Made by a program: the position numbers and the translations under genes. The notes under the pieces were generated by a model. The model had not been told where the DNA came from and did not search any database. It saw nothing but the letters and a program-made list of their open reading frames with translations. From Hyphomonadaceae bacterium (GTDB lineage: Bacteria > Pseudomonadota > Alphaproteobacteria > Caulobacterales > Aquidulcibacteraceae), in assembly GCA_019753175.1 (NCBI GenBank), contig JAIELK010000026.1, forward strand, positions 19,251-83,250: DNA of 64,000 bases, given 5' to 3'. This document shows positions 29,609 through 38,375 of this stretch, piece after piece; positions within the stretch are counted from its first letter, which is position 1; the number at the start of each line of letters is the position of its first letter.

Positions 29609-29968
29609 ATGCAGGGGGAATCGATGCAAGCCTATCTCGACCAAGCCGTGCAAATCCTCCGCGAGGGCTTCGCTCAGATCAACGATCCCAAGGGTTTGAT
29701 CCTGGCGCTCGCAGCTACGATCTTCTTACGCTCCTGGGGGCAGTGGATCCCAGTTTCGCTGCTGACCGTCGCGATCTACATTGCCATAGAGCATTTCGCT
29801 CCAGTCCTGGCTGGGCAACAGGAATTGGCGCTGCCGCCCATTATGGACCCAGCGTTTTGGACACGCGTGGGCGTGCTCTTCGTCGGCTTCCTGATCGTGA
29901 TCGGCATCTTCTTCTTCGTGAAACGACTGATCACATCCGCGATGGGCGGCGGCGCGAAGAAAAAGTAG
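29609..29968 (+). CDS. hypothetical small membrane protein
   Basis: 119 aa with three hydrophobic segments and a basic tail GGGAKKK. I recognise no family. An alternative start is ATG 29624. Confidence 0.45.
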   Translation: MQGESMQAYLDQAVQILREGFAQINDPKGLILALAATIFLRSWGQWIPVSLLTVAIYIAIEHFAPVLAGQQELALPPIMDPAFWTRVGVLFVGFLIVIGIFFFVKRLITSAMGGGAKKK

Positions 29969-29974
29969 CGTTGG

Positions 29975-30721
29975 CTAACGCCGCCGGTGGTGGCGAGCGG
30001 CTTCATAGAGCACGATCGCTGCGGCCACAGACACGTTGAGGCTCTCCATACGCGGGTCGATAGGAATGCGTGCGCGTTTCTCGCAGGCTTCGGCGACGCT
30101 ATCGCGCACGCCCTTGCCCTCGGCGCCGAGCACCACCGCGATCGGACGTCGGTCGGCGCAGGCGTCGGCCACGTCGAGGTTTGCTTCACCCTCGAGCGCG
30201 AGCGTCGCGTAGCCCCAGTCTCGCAACTGCTCGATGGCGCGCGACAGATTGGTCACACGGACGTTGGACACGAGTTCGATCGCCCCAGCAGAGGCCTTCG
30301 CCAAGGCGCCCGTGAGCGGAGGCGACTTACGGTCTTGCATGATCACAGCCCGCGCGTCGAAGGCGACAGCGCAACGGAATGCGGCGCCAACGTTTTGGGG
30401 ATCCGTGACGCCGTCCAGGATCAGGACCGGGCGCCAATCCGCGGGCGTACAGGCGCCCTCCAACTCCGCGGGCTCCAGCGGAAACGCTCGCACAGCTACA
30501 CCTTGATGCACCGCACCGGGCGGCAACATGCCATCGATCTGGTCGGGCGCCAGGATCTGTGCGTCCACGCCAGCCGGCAGCCTCGCCGCGCCATTGCGCG
30601 TGGCGACGATGCGTTCGAGGCGCCGCGCAGGGTTCGCCAGCGCCGCGGCGCAGGCATGGACGCCCCAAATCCAGGAGGGGCCGCCCGTTTCTTCCTCGAA
30701 CTGACGGCGCGGGGTGCGCAT
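29975..30721 (-). CDS. rlmB: SpoU/TrmH-family RNA 2'-O-methyltransferase, RlmB-like
   Basis: 248 aa. LDGVTDPQNVGAAFRCAVAF..., VVLGAEGKGVR and IPIDPRMESLNVSVAAAIVLYE are the SpoU motifs. Confidence 0.82.
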   Translation of the reverse strand: MRTPRRQFEEETGGPSWIWGVHACAAALANPARRLERIVATRNGAARLPAGVDAQILAPDQIDGMLPPGAVHQGVAVRAFPLEPAELEGACTPADWRPVLILDGVTDPQNVGAAFRCAVAFDARAVIMQDRKSPPLTGALAKASAGAIELVSNVRVTNLSRAIEQLRDWGYATLALEGEANLDVADACADRRPIAVVLGAEGKGVRDSVAEACEKRARIPIDPRMESLNVSVAAAIVLYEAARHHRRR

Positions 30722-30788
30722 CGGCGGCTTGAGCGGGGGAGGGGGCTTGGCTATAGGAGCGCTCCGCTTTGGGTGACCGGCGTCAGGT

Positions 30789-30817
30789 ATCAGGTGTCAG
30801 AGCGCCTGACACCTGAT
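30789..30817. promoter_or_regulatory. perfect 12-bp inverted repeat (atcaggtgtcag-agcgc-ctgacacctgat) just upstream of tRNA-Tyr
   Basis: The palindrome was read directly from the sequence. Its right arm overlaps a -35-like CTGACAC, which is followed by GCTA at 30822-30825, about 13 nt before the tRNA 5' end. Confidence 0.5.
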
Positions 30818-30837
30818 GTATGCTACCCGACACCTCT

Positions 30838-30923
30838 GGAAGGGTGGCCGAGTGGTTAATGGCAGCAGACTGTAAATCTGCCCGCGAGAGCGTACGCTGG
30901 TTCGAATCCAGCCCCTTCCACCA
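30838..30923 (+). tRNA. tRNA-Tyr (anticodon GUA), long variable arm
   Basis: GGAAGGGTGGCCGAGTGGTTAATGGCAGCAGACTGTAAATCTGCCCGCGAGAGCGTACGCTGGTTCGAATCCAGCCCCTTCCACCA. The acceptor is GGAAGGG/CCCTTCC and CCA is encoded. Confidence 0.93.
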
Positions 30924-31039
30924 TCTTCAGTCTTGAACACAGGCCGATAGCGCGTGCATGCGCACTGGGCCCAAAATCAGCTGCGAGACTTTTGGTTTCC
31001 GTGCAGATCGGGGCTCCCAGGTTGTGCGCTTGCGGGTGG

Positions 31040-31070
31040 GCGGGGATCGGTACTAAAAGCCGATCCCCGC
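31040..31070 (+). other. perfect 11-bp hairpin (gcggggatcgg-tactaaaag-ccgatccccgc) abutting the 5' end of tRNA-Gly
   Basis: Read directly from the sequence. It lies in the 150-nt Tyr-Gly spacer and ends 3 nt before the tRNA-Gly 5' end. There is no T-tract. Confidence 0.5.
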
Positions 31071-31073
31071 GGC

Positions 31074-31147
31074 GCGGGTATAGCTCAATGGTAGAGCCGC
31101 AGCCTTCCAAGCTGAAGACGAGGGTTCGATTCCCTCTACCCGCTCCA
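31074..31147 (+). tRNA. tRNA-Gly (anticodon UCC)
   Basis: GCGGGTATAGCTCAATGGTAGAGCCGCAGCCTTCCAAGCTGAAGACGAGGGTTCGATTCCCTCTACCCGCTCCA. The anticodon loop is CTTCCAA. Confidence 0.93.
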
Positions 31148-31161
31148 TCACCGCGCTGACG

Positions 31162-31362
31162 TCACTTCAGCACGAACGTCACTTTCATGTTGACGCGCCA
31201 CTCACTGATTTTGCCGTTCTTGCAGCTGACCTTAATGTCCTGAATCCATGCGCCTTCGACGTTTTCGAGCGTGTCGGAGGCCTTGGAGAGCCCCTGCTCG
31301 ATGGCGTCTTCCAGCCCCTTTTTCGAGCCGGCTGTGACCTCAATGACCTTAGCAACGGCCAT
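31162..31362 (-). CDS. dodecin-family flavin-binding protein
   Basis: MAVAKVIEVTAGSKKGLEDAIEQGLSKASDTLENVEGAWIQDIKVSCKNGKISEWRVNMKVTFVLK has the typical dodecin length and pattern. Confidence 0.8.
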   Translation of the reverse strand: MAVAKVIEVTAGSKKGLEDAIEQGLSKASDTLENVEGAWIQDIKVSCKNGKISEWRVNMKVTFVLK

Positions 31363-31522
31363 AAGCGTGTCCTCCTGTTGCAACCCGCCGATCAGGGTAG
31401 GGTGCTAAGATCGTCACCGCTAACGAAAACTAGAGGCGCTTCGCCGAGCCCCTATTGGGGCAGCTAATCAATTGCATTTGAAGGTTTTCTGCCTTTTATT
31501 CGGCAGGTAGCGGGAGGTCCAT

Positions 31523-32353
31523 TTGAGGCATTTGAGCTTGGCGTTCGCGATCATCGGGTGCTGCGCTGCTCTGGCTGGATGTTTGTTGGCTGGCGGTGCT
31601 GACGATGTCGAAGTGGACATACGTTGGAGCGAGATGCCGCGTCAGTTGCGGTTCGGCGAGGCCAATATGGTGGTCGAACGCGTCGAGCAACCCATCGAGG
31701 AAGCGGAGGTTCTCGCTTCCGTCCAAAGGCTCGTGGCGCGGCAGACCACCTGCTTCTCGTGGCCGGCGTTATGGCTGGACCCGGAAGGACCGCGCGGATT
31801 GTTCGTCGTGCGCTACGACCTGATGACGCGCGACTGGGGCGGCGATGTCGCAGAAGCCAGCCACCGTCGTATGCAAGAGTTCGTGGACCAAGGCTTCCTG
31901 ATTGAAGACCCTGCCCAGCGAGGGGAGGGCGTTGCGAGGTATAGGCTGACGGAGACTGGCGCTGCGCGGCTCAACGGTTCACCGTATCGAACGCAGCGCG
32001 CTCAATTCTGCGCGCCCGTGGAGCGGCGGGTGGTCGCGATCACCAACATGCAGTGGGGAGAGTTCAGCTGCGGCAATTTGCGTGTTCAGTTCACCCATGT
32101 CGCTGACGACTGGCCTTCTTGGGCACGCAGCGAGGAAAGCAGACGCCGAGTTGCGCAAAGGTGGGGTGCTGTCGGTGTAAGCGCACCGGGTTTCGTAACG
32201 CTTGCGCGACAATGGTTTCGCCCCGAGCAGATGCCTGCAGACATGCTGCGCAACGGTGAGTTGCGTTCGGTGTGCTTTGATGAGCAGCGACGCACCGTGA
32301 TCGGTGACGACTTGACGCTCGGCGCCGCTGCAAGTGCGGAGGGCGGGGGCTAG
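31523..32353 (+). CDS. hypothetical lipoprotein
   Basis: TTG start 5 nt after GGGAGG, with lipobox AALAGC. I recognise no domain. Confidence 0.5.
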   Translation: MRHLSLAFAIIGCCAALAGCLLAGGADDVEVDIRWSEMPRQLRFGEANMVVERVEQPIEEAEVLASVQRLVARQTTCFSWPALWLDPEGPRGLFVVRYDLMTRDWGGDVAEASHRRMQEFVDQGFLIEDPAQRGEGVARYRLTETGAARLNGSPYRTQRAQFCAPVERRVVAITNMQWGEFSCGNLRVQFTHVADDWPSWARSEESRRRVAQRWGAVGVSAPGFVTLARQWFRPEQMPADMLRNGELRSVCFDEQRRTVIGDDLTLGAAASAEGGG

Positions 32354-34215
32354 AAGCGCCTGCGCAGCCCGGCTGTGCCACGTCGCGGAGGGCCCGCGAA
32401 GGCTGCTGGCTGCTCATAGGTTTGATCGCCGGCGTTATCGAGGCGCACGAACATGTCGACATCGTCCCCCATCCGTAGCGTCGCTGCGAGAGCGATGACA
32501 TCGAAGGCGTCGACGCGGCCGAGAGCGTCAGCGAAGGCGCCATCGTTTTCATATGTGACATCACGGCGTTCGCCAACGATCGACCAGGAACCCGTGATTA
32601 GCAGGCGCTCTGACGGTCGCAGCGCCGCTTCGACGCGCCAAGCGTGCTCCGGCCGGCGGAGTAGCGGCTCGCCGCTGAGGCCGTTGCGGGCGTCCGTCCA
32701 ATCGTAGGAAACTCGGAGTGAGCCGCCGTCCCACTGAGTCCCGACGCGCACTTCCGCGCCGTTGATCTCCGCGCTCCCGGTATTGATGTTGCGCCGGTCA
32801 GCAAAGCTGTACTCGATCAAGTTGTCGATTTGCGTTCGAAAAAGCGTGGCGCCGAGCTGGAGATGATCGCCGCCGGCATCGAAGCCAAGTTCGAAGCTCT
32901 GCGAGCGTTCCGGTACGAGATCGGGGTTGCCGAGGTTGAAAAAGCTTCTTTCGAAGCGCTCGCTTAAGCTCGGCGCCTGGAATGCGGCGCCGTAAGAGGC
33001 ATAGACGCGGCCTGCGCCCAGCGTTTTCACCACACCGAGAGCATAGGTTACGTGGCTGCCGAAGCCATCGTAAGCGTCCGAGCGCAGCGAAGCGGTGGTC
33101 ACAAGACGAGGCGCGATCGTGAGCTGCGTGACAGCGAACGCGCCAAGGTGATCTTCAGCAACGTTGAGCGGGTCGGAAAACGGGGTGTCGACCTCGATGG
33201 CGTCACGCTCGTAGGCGACGCCAGCGTTGACGGTCCAGCGCGCGGCCTGATGCTGAACGAGCGCTTCGGCGAACGCGCGGTGCGATTGGGCCAAACTGGT
33301 CTCAGCGCCATCGTCCTCCTCGACCCGATCGCCGTAAAGCGCCCCGCCAGAGAGACGGACCCGCATGCTCTCGTTCAAGCGATGATCGATGCCCAGCCTC
33401 CAAAGCGCTTGAGTCGCGTGGTTCGCGAGATCTTCGTCATCGGCGCGGCGGTCGAAGAAGGCGCCGCCGGAGAAGGTGTCGAACGCAGCGCTGGATTCAC
33501 GAACTCGAAGCAAGACGTCTACGCCAATGTTCGCTGTCTCGTGTCTAGCGTTCGCCGAAACCGTTCCAACCGTGGCCCCATCAGCGTCGCCCGTATGTGT
33601 GGCGAAGCGCTCTGGAACGAGATCGTATCCCTGCGTCTCGAACCATTCTCCCGTGACGCCGTAATCGACGTTTTCGATTGAGCCGGCGGCGCCGGCGAGG
33701 GTCCGGGTCGTGTCGAGCAAGCCGATCGCGAACTCGGCCGTTCCTTCGAATGCGTCCTGTCCGCCGCGCTGCGGGATCAAGTTCACAACGCCGCCGACAG
33801 CGGCCGAGCCATAAACCGAGGAGGCAGGGCCGCGCAGGATTTCGATGCGGTCGAGACCGCCCAAGGTGTCAAGACCAAAGTCATAGAGACCATTGGGCGT
33901 TGAAGGATCGTTGAGGCGAACTCCGTCATAGAGCGCAAGCGCGTGTCTGGAGTTCGAGCCGCGCAGAAAAAGCGAGGCTTGCTGGCCCACACCACCCGAC
34001 TGGACCGCCGCAGCGCCGAGCGCTTCGGGTAAGCTTGTTATGGCTTCGGCCTCGATATCGCGGCGGTCTATGACCTCCACGCGGCCCGGCAGAGAGGCTG
34101 CTGCGCTGTCGCTTCGGGTGGCGGTAACAACGACCTCGTCGGGCTGTGCAACGGCGGGAAAAGCCGTGAGCAGGCTTGCGAACAACGCAGAGGAAGCAAC
34201 GCGAAGGTGACGCAT
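32350..34215 (-). CDS. btuB: TonB-dependent receptor, BtuB-like (cobalamin/corrinoid uptake)
   Basis: It has a signal peptide and a TonB box (DEVVVTATR), a plug and a 22-strand barrel, and a C-terminal ...GTAGLRRRF. It is preceded by a cobalamin riboswitch. Confidence 0.88.
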   Translation of the reverse strand: MRHLRVASSALFASLLTAFPAVAQPDEVVVTATRSDSAAASLPGRVEVIDRRDIEAEAITSLPEALGAAAVQSGGVGQQASLFLRGSNSRHALALYDGVRLNDPSTPNGLYDFGLDTLGGLDRIEILRGPASSVYGSAAVGGVVNLIPQRGGQDAFEGTAEFAIGLLDTTRTLAGAAGSIENVDYGVTGEWFETQGYDLVPERFATHTGDADGATVGTVSANARHETANIGVDVLLRVRESSAAFDTFSGGAFFDRRADDEDLANHATQALWRLGIDHRLNESMRVRLSGGALYGDRVEEDDGAETSLAQSHRAFAEALVQHQAARWTVNAGVAYERDAIEVDTPFSDPLNVAEDHLGAFAVTQLTIAPRLVTTASLRSDAYDGFGSHVTYALGVVKTLGAGRVYASYGAAFQAPSLSERFERSFFNLGNPDLVPERSQSFELGFDAGGDHLQLGATLFRTQIDNLIEYSFADRRNINTGSAEINGAEVRVGTQWDGGSLRVSYDWTDARNGLSGEPLLRRPEHAWRVEAALRPSERLLITGSWSIVGERRDVTYENDGAFADALGRVDAFDVIALAATLRMGDDVDMFVRLDNAGDQTYEQPAAFAGPPRRGTAGLRRRF

Positions 34216-34299
34216 GATGACGTCTCCGTTGTCGCGCCCGACCCAAGTGCGCGACCGATCCAGCGACAGCGGGGCGCCAAAGCGCGGGCCGCCCGCGTC

Positions 34300-34535
34300 G
34301 CTGCTGCGGAGAATCCGGTTCGCGCGGCTGATCCCGGCCGTCGAACGAGCGACGTGCGCCGGCAGGTCTCCTGGCTCGCGGGTCTTTGCCCGCCGCCGCC
34401 TTCCCGTCGGTAGACAGTGGCGTTGTGGCGTTGGGCTCGCCGCTTACAGTTGCGGGCACAGCCGCGGATTTGAGACCGTCGCCTCACACCGCGTTCCCTC
34501 TTCACGCCCCGAGGGGCGACCGTCGCGGCATTGCT
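34300..34535 (-). promoter_or_regulatory. cobalamin (B12) riboswitch in the btuB leader
   Basis: The minus strand carries the B12 box AGCCAGGAGACCTGCC (34361-34376). Upstream core blocks are present: GGTCGCCCCTCGGGGCGTGAAGAGGGAACGCGGTGTGAGG...GGCTGTGCCCGCAACTGTAAGCGG...GGGAAGGCGG. Confidence 0.85.
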
Positions 34536-34574
34536 TCTAGCATGGCGGAAGCGCCGGCCAAGACGCAAACGGAC

Positions 34575-34602
34575 TTGACGGCGTCCAAACTGCGGCTAAA
34601 GA
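34575..34602 (+). promoter_or_regulatory. candidate housekeeping promoter for tuf
   Basis: TTGACGG-N13-GCTAAAGA fits the Caulobacter-type sigma-70 consensus TTGACGS-N10-14-GCTANAWC at 6 of 8 positions in the -10 block. Confidence 0.4.
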
Positions 34603-34680
34603 CCCGCACCTTACGAGCGCTTCGGCCGGGCCTGAGCGCCTTTCAGCTTTTGGGCATCGTCGGAGAAACAGGACCAAAAC

Positions 34681-35871
34681 ATGGCCAAGGAAAAGTTTGA
34701 GCGGACAAAGCCGCACTGCAACATCGGAACCATTGGCCACGTCGACCACGGCAAGACGACGCTGACGGCGGCGATCACGATGACGCTCGCCAAGAAGGGT
34801 CAGGCCAAGGCGATGTCCTATGCCGACATCGACGCGGCGCCGGAAGAGAAGGCGCGCGGCATTACCATCAACACCGCCCACGTCGAGTACGAGACCAATG
34901 CGCGCCACTATGCGCACGTCGACTGCCCCGGCCACGCCGACTACGTGAAGAACATGATTACCGGCGCCGCCCAAATGGATGGCGCGATCCTGGTGGTGTC
35001 CGCCGCTGACGGCCCGATGCCGCAGACGCGCGAGCACATCCTGCTCGCCCGTCAGGTCGGCGTGCCGGCGCTGGTGGTGTTCATGAACAAGGTCGACATG
35101 GTCGACGACAAGGAACTTCTGGACCTTGTCGAGATGGAGGTTCGCGAACTCCTATCGTCGTACAACTTCCCAGGCGACGACGTACCGATCGTGAAGGGGT
35201 CGGCCCTGGCCGCAGTCGAAGGGCGAGACCCGCCGATTGGCGAAGACGCGATCATGGAACTGATGACCGCCGTCGACACCTACATTCCGCAACCGGAACG
35301 GCCGATCGACCAGCCGTTCCTGATGCCGGTCGAAGACGTGTTCTCGATCTCCGGCCGCGGCACGGTTGTGACCGGCCGGGTCGAAAAGGGCATTGTCAAG
35401 GTTGGCGACGAAGTCGAGATCATCGGCATTCGCCCGACCGTGAAATCGACCTGCACGGGCGTCGAGATGTTCCGCAAGCTGCTCGACCAGGGCCAGGCCG
35501 GCGACAATATCGGCGCGCTGCTGCGCGGCATCGATCGTGAGGGCGTGGAGCGCGGCCAAGTGCTGGCGAAGCCGGGCTCAATCACGCCCCACAAGAAGTT
35601 TGAGGCTGAGGTTTACATCCTTACCAAGGAAGAAGGCGGCCGTCACACGCCGTTCTTCACCAACTATCGGCCGCAATTCTACTTCCGGACCACGGATGTG
35701 ACCGGCATCGTTCAGCTGCCGAGCGGCGTCGAGATGGTGATGCCGGGCGACAACATCAAAATGACGGTCGAGCTGATCAGCCCCATCGCCATGGACCAGG
35801 GCCTCCGTTTCGCCATCCGCGAAGGCGGTCGCACGGTCGGTTCAGGCGTCGTGGCGAAAATCCTCGAGTAG
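34681..35871 (+). CDS. tuf: translation elongation factor Tu
   Basis: 396 aa. [33 protein letters not shown]...DCPGHADY...NKVD is unmistakable EF-Tu. Confidence 0.98.
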   Translation: MAKEKFERTKPHCNIGTIGHVDHGKTTLTAAITMTLAKKGQAKAMSYADIDAAPEEKARGITINTAHVEYETNARHYAHVDCPGHADYVKNMITGAAQMDGAILVVSAADGPMPQTREHILLARQVGVPALVVFMNKVDMVDDKELLDLVEMEVRELLSSYNFPGDDVPIVKGSALAAVEGRDPPIGEDAIMELMTAVDTYIPQPERPIDQPFLMPVEDVFSISGRGTVVTGRVEKGIVKVGDEVEIIGIRPTVKSTCTGVEMFRKLLDQGQAGDNIGALLRGIDREGVERGQVLAKPGSITPHKKFEAEVYILTKEEGGRHTPFFTNYRPQFYFRTTDVTGIVQLPSGVEMVMPGDNIKMTVELISPIAMDQGLRFAIREGGRTVGSGVVAKILE

Positions 35872-35900
35872 GGCTGACGTTCTGCTTTGCAAAGAAACGA

Positions 35901-35929
35901 AGGGCCGCTCTCACGAGCGGCCCTTTTTC
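35901..35929 (+). terminator. rho-independent terminator after tuf
   Basis: agggccgctc-tcac-gagcggccct followed by ttttt. Confidence 0.75.
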
Positions 35930-36020
35930 GTCCCGGGCGACGGGGGCGTGCATCTGCATCCCCCTTGAAGGGCATCTCTGGGCTCGAGAACCGCTCGGAC
36001 CGAGCGAGGGAGGCCATGGA

Positions 36021-37004
36021 ATGGAACGCTTTGTGTTCTTCGCCGCGATCGTGGTGGCGGTGATTTTCGGGATTGTCGCCTTGGCGCGACAAAGCGACTG
36101 GGGTGTCCATTTTGATGCAGATGGCGGGGGCGGTGTGGCGGCGCTTGCTGACACGGCGCCCGGACGGCTTGAACCCCTTGCGCTGAGCGGGGAGCGGCTG
36201 CGCCTGCGCCACCTGGCCGCCCGTGTCGAGATTTTGCCGGAAGAACGGGCGGATTTCCTGGTTGAGATCGAGAATCCAGGCGGTGCGCCAATGCCGCAAG
36301 TGACAGCCGAAGGTGGCGTTATCACGGTCGACGGCCAGCTCCGCGGTCGCATCGATGACTGCATCGATGGCGGCGCCGAACTCGACGGCTACGGCACGCT
36401 CGGTGCGGATCAATTGCCGCGGGTGGTGATACGGGCGCCCCGCGTCCTGAATCTAACCCGCAGCGGCGCGGGGACGACTGCCATTGGGGCCGCCCAGGAG
36501 GTGGATCTCGACGTATCCGGTTGCAGTGCCGTCGCCGTGGGGGATGTCGCTGGCGTGCTTAGTGTCGAGTTAGCTGGCAGCGGCTCGGTGCAGACCGCCG
36601 CCGCCAATTCTTTAAAGGCGTCCATTGCCGGGTCCGGCGAGGTCGCGACCGGCGCGATTGCAGCCGGCGCGGAGATTGATTTGGCGGGTTCTGGAAACGT
36701 TTCTATCGCATCTTTGACCGGCGATCTGTCGGTGGATTCGGCTGGTTCCGGTGATGCTGAGATCGGCGGCGGTCAGATCGGCGAAGCGCTGATAGATGTC
36801 GCCGGCTCGGGCAATGTCGTCATCGCTGCGCCAGTCAACCGTCTGGACGTCGATCTCGTGGGGTCGGGCAACGTCGAGGTGGACGCTGCGGTTGGAGCGC
36901 TGGAAGCGGAAATCGCGGGATCCGGCAACGTCCGGGTCGATAGCGTCACCGGCAGCGTCACCCGCGAAGTGTGGGGCTCTGGAGAGGTAAACATCGGAGA
37001 GTGA
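36021..37004 (+). CDS. GIN-domain (DUF2807) beta-helix protein with N-terminal membrane anchor
   Basis: MERFVFFAAIVVAVIFGIVALA is a membrane anchor. It is followed by reiterated (A/V)GSG(N/D/E)V units (GSGSVQT, GSGEVAT, GSGNVSI, GSGDAEI, GSGNVVI, GSGNVEV, GSGNVRV, GSGEVNI). Confidence 0.65.
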   Translation: MERFVFFAAIVVAVIFGIVALARQSDWGVHFDADGGGGVAALADTAPGRLEPLALSGERLRLRHLAARVEILPEERADFLVEIENPGGAPMPQVTAEGGVITVDGQLRGRIDDCIDGGAELDGYGTLGADQLPRVVIRAPRVLNLTRSGAGTTAIGAAQEVDLDVSGCSAVAVGDVAGVLSVELAGSGSVQTAAANSLKASIAGSGEVATGAIAAGAEIDLAGSGNVSIASLTGDLSVDSAGSGDAEIGGGQIGEALIDVAGSGNVVIAAPVNRLDVDLVGSGNVEVDAAVGALEAEIAGSGNVRVDSVTGSVTREVWGSGEVNIGE

Positions 37005-37022
37005 GCCAAAGCGCCAATCACG

Positions 37023-37047
37023 CTTGACGGGTTCCGCATGGCTAATG
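37023..37047 (+). promoter_or_regulatory. candidate promoter of the S10 operon
   Basis: TTGACGG-N10-GCTAATGT has the same -35 heptamer as the tuf and alpha-operon candidates. The -10 match is partial. Confidence 0.35.
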
Positions 37048-37185
37048 TACAGACCCCCGCTTCGAGCCGGCCGTAAGCTTCAGCTTAGACGCGGTTCGCA
37101 TTCACGCGGCGGTTACCCAGACTTGGGACTTCAGCGCGCGGGACTAAAGTCCCGTTCAGCCCGCGTTTTGCGAAACCTGCACGTA

Positions 37186-37222
37186 GCGAGCGCCGTCCGG
37201 TTCGGGCGGCGCTTCCGCTTTT
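37186..37222 (+). promoter_or_regulatory. terminator-like hairpin in the rpsJ leader (possible attenuator)
   Basis: gcgccgtcc-ggttc-gggcggcgc forms 9 bp including one G-U pair, followed by ttccgctttta. It ends about 25 nt before the rpsJ start. Confidence 0.45.
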
Positions 37223-37248
37223 AGGATCGGTGATCGGGACGTTTGGCA

Positions 37249-37563
37249 ATGATGCAACAAAACATACGGATCAGGCTGAAGGCCTTCGATCACCGCACGC
37301 TGGATATGTCGGCCAAGGAAATTGTGTCGACGGCCAAGCGCACGGGCGCCACGGTGATCGGTCCGGTGCCGCTGCCGACGCGCATTGAGAAGTTCACGGT
37401 CAATCGCTCGCCGCACGTTGACAAGAAAAGCCGTGAGCAATTCGAAATCCGCACATTCAAGCGCGTGCTCGATATCGTTCAACCGACGCCGCAAACTGTT
37501 GACGCGCTGATGAAGCTCGACCTCTCGGCAGGCGTCGATGTTCAAATCCAGGTCATGGGCTAA
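37249..37563 (+). CDS. rpsJ: 30S ribosomal protein S10
   Basis: [19 protein letters not shown]... The start was chosen by alignment with the usual [15 protein letters not shown] N-terminus; the ORF opens at 37243. Confidence 0.96.
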   Translation: MMQQNIRIRLKAFDHRTLDMSAKEIVSTAKRTGATVIGPVPLPTRIEKFTVNRSPHVDKKSREQFEIRTFKRVLDIVQPTPQTVDALMKLDLSAGVDVQIQVMG

Positions 37564-37569
37564 GCAGCG

Positions 37570-38367
37570 ATGGGCAAGCTCTCTCAACGCACCGGCGTCA
37601 TCGCTCGCAAGGTCGGCATGATGCGCGTGTTCGACGCAGACGGCGTGCACACGCCCGTTACCGTGTTGGATCTTTCCGGTTGCCAGGTGGTCGGCCGCCG
37701 CACCGTGAAGGCAGAGGAATTCAAGAACGCCGCCGGCGACGCAGTGGCGTTGAAGCCGAAGAAGTCGCGCAAGAACGAAGGCAAGCAAGCGAAACCTCGC
37801 GCGCCCCAGGCCGACGGTTATTCGGCGATCGTGCTCGGCGCAGGCGCCGCCAAGGCTAAGCGCGCGAGCCAAGCGGAACGCGGCCAGTTCGCGCGCGCAA
37901 AGGTCGAGCCAAAAGCGATCGTGCGCGAGTTTCGCGTTGCTGAAGAGAATCTGCTCCCGGTCGGCGCCAAGATCAGCGCCGGCCATTTTGTTGTCGGCCA
38001 AAAGGTTGACGTCGCCGGCGTCTCGATCGGCAAAGGCTTCGCCGGCGCCATGAAGCGCTGGAATTTCGGCGGTCTGCGCGCCACCCATGGTGTCTCGGTC
38101 TCGCACCGCAGCCACGGCTCCACCGGCCAGCGCCAGGATCCGGGCAAGGTGTTCAAGGGCAAGAAGATGGCCGGCCACCTGGGCGATGAGCGCGTGAGCG
38201 TTCAGAACCTGCAGGTCGTGCGCATCGACGCGGACCGCAATCTGATTTTCGTCAAAGGCGCGGTTCCCGGCGCCGAAGGCGGTTGGGTGGAAGTGCGTGA
38301 CGCAGCGAAGGCGCCGTTGCCCAAAGACGCGCCGATGCCGGCGGGTCTCATGCAGGCGGCGGAGTGA
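37570..38367 (+). CDS. rplC: 50S ribosomal protein L3 (265 aa, with Lys/Ala/Pro-rich internal insertion)
   Basis: Contains [54 protein letters not shown] and VKGAVPG. Confidence 0.96.
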   Translation: MGKLSQRTGVIARKVGMMRVFDADGVHTPVTVLDLSGCQVVGRRTVKAEEFKNAAGDAVALKPKKSRKNEGKQAKPRAPQADGYSAIVLGAGAAKAKRASQAERGQFARAKVEPKAIVREFRVAEENLLPVGAKISAGHFVVGQKVDVAGVSIGKGFAGAMKRWNFGGLRATHGVSVSHRSHGSTGQRQDPGKVFKGKKMAGHLGDERVSVQNLQVVRIDADRNLIFVKGAVPGAEGGWVEVRDAAKAPLPKDAPMPAGLMQAAE

Positions 38368-38375
38368 GGGCGGAC

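Noticed and set aside
30856-31110. An 84-aa minus-strand ORF between rlmB and the dodecin gene.
   Set aside because: It runs across tRNA-Tyr, the spacer hairpin and tRNA-Gly, so it is not a plausible gene.
31363-31522. A possible FMN riboswitch upstream of the dodecin gene.
   Set aside because: The leader on the minus strand shows none of the conserved FMN-element blocks, only small generic hairpins.
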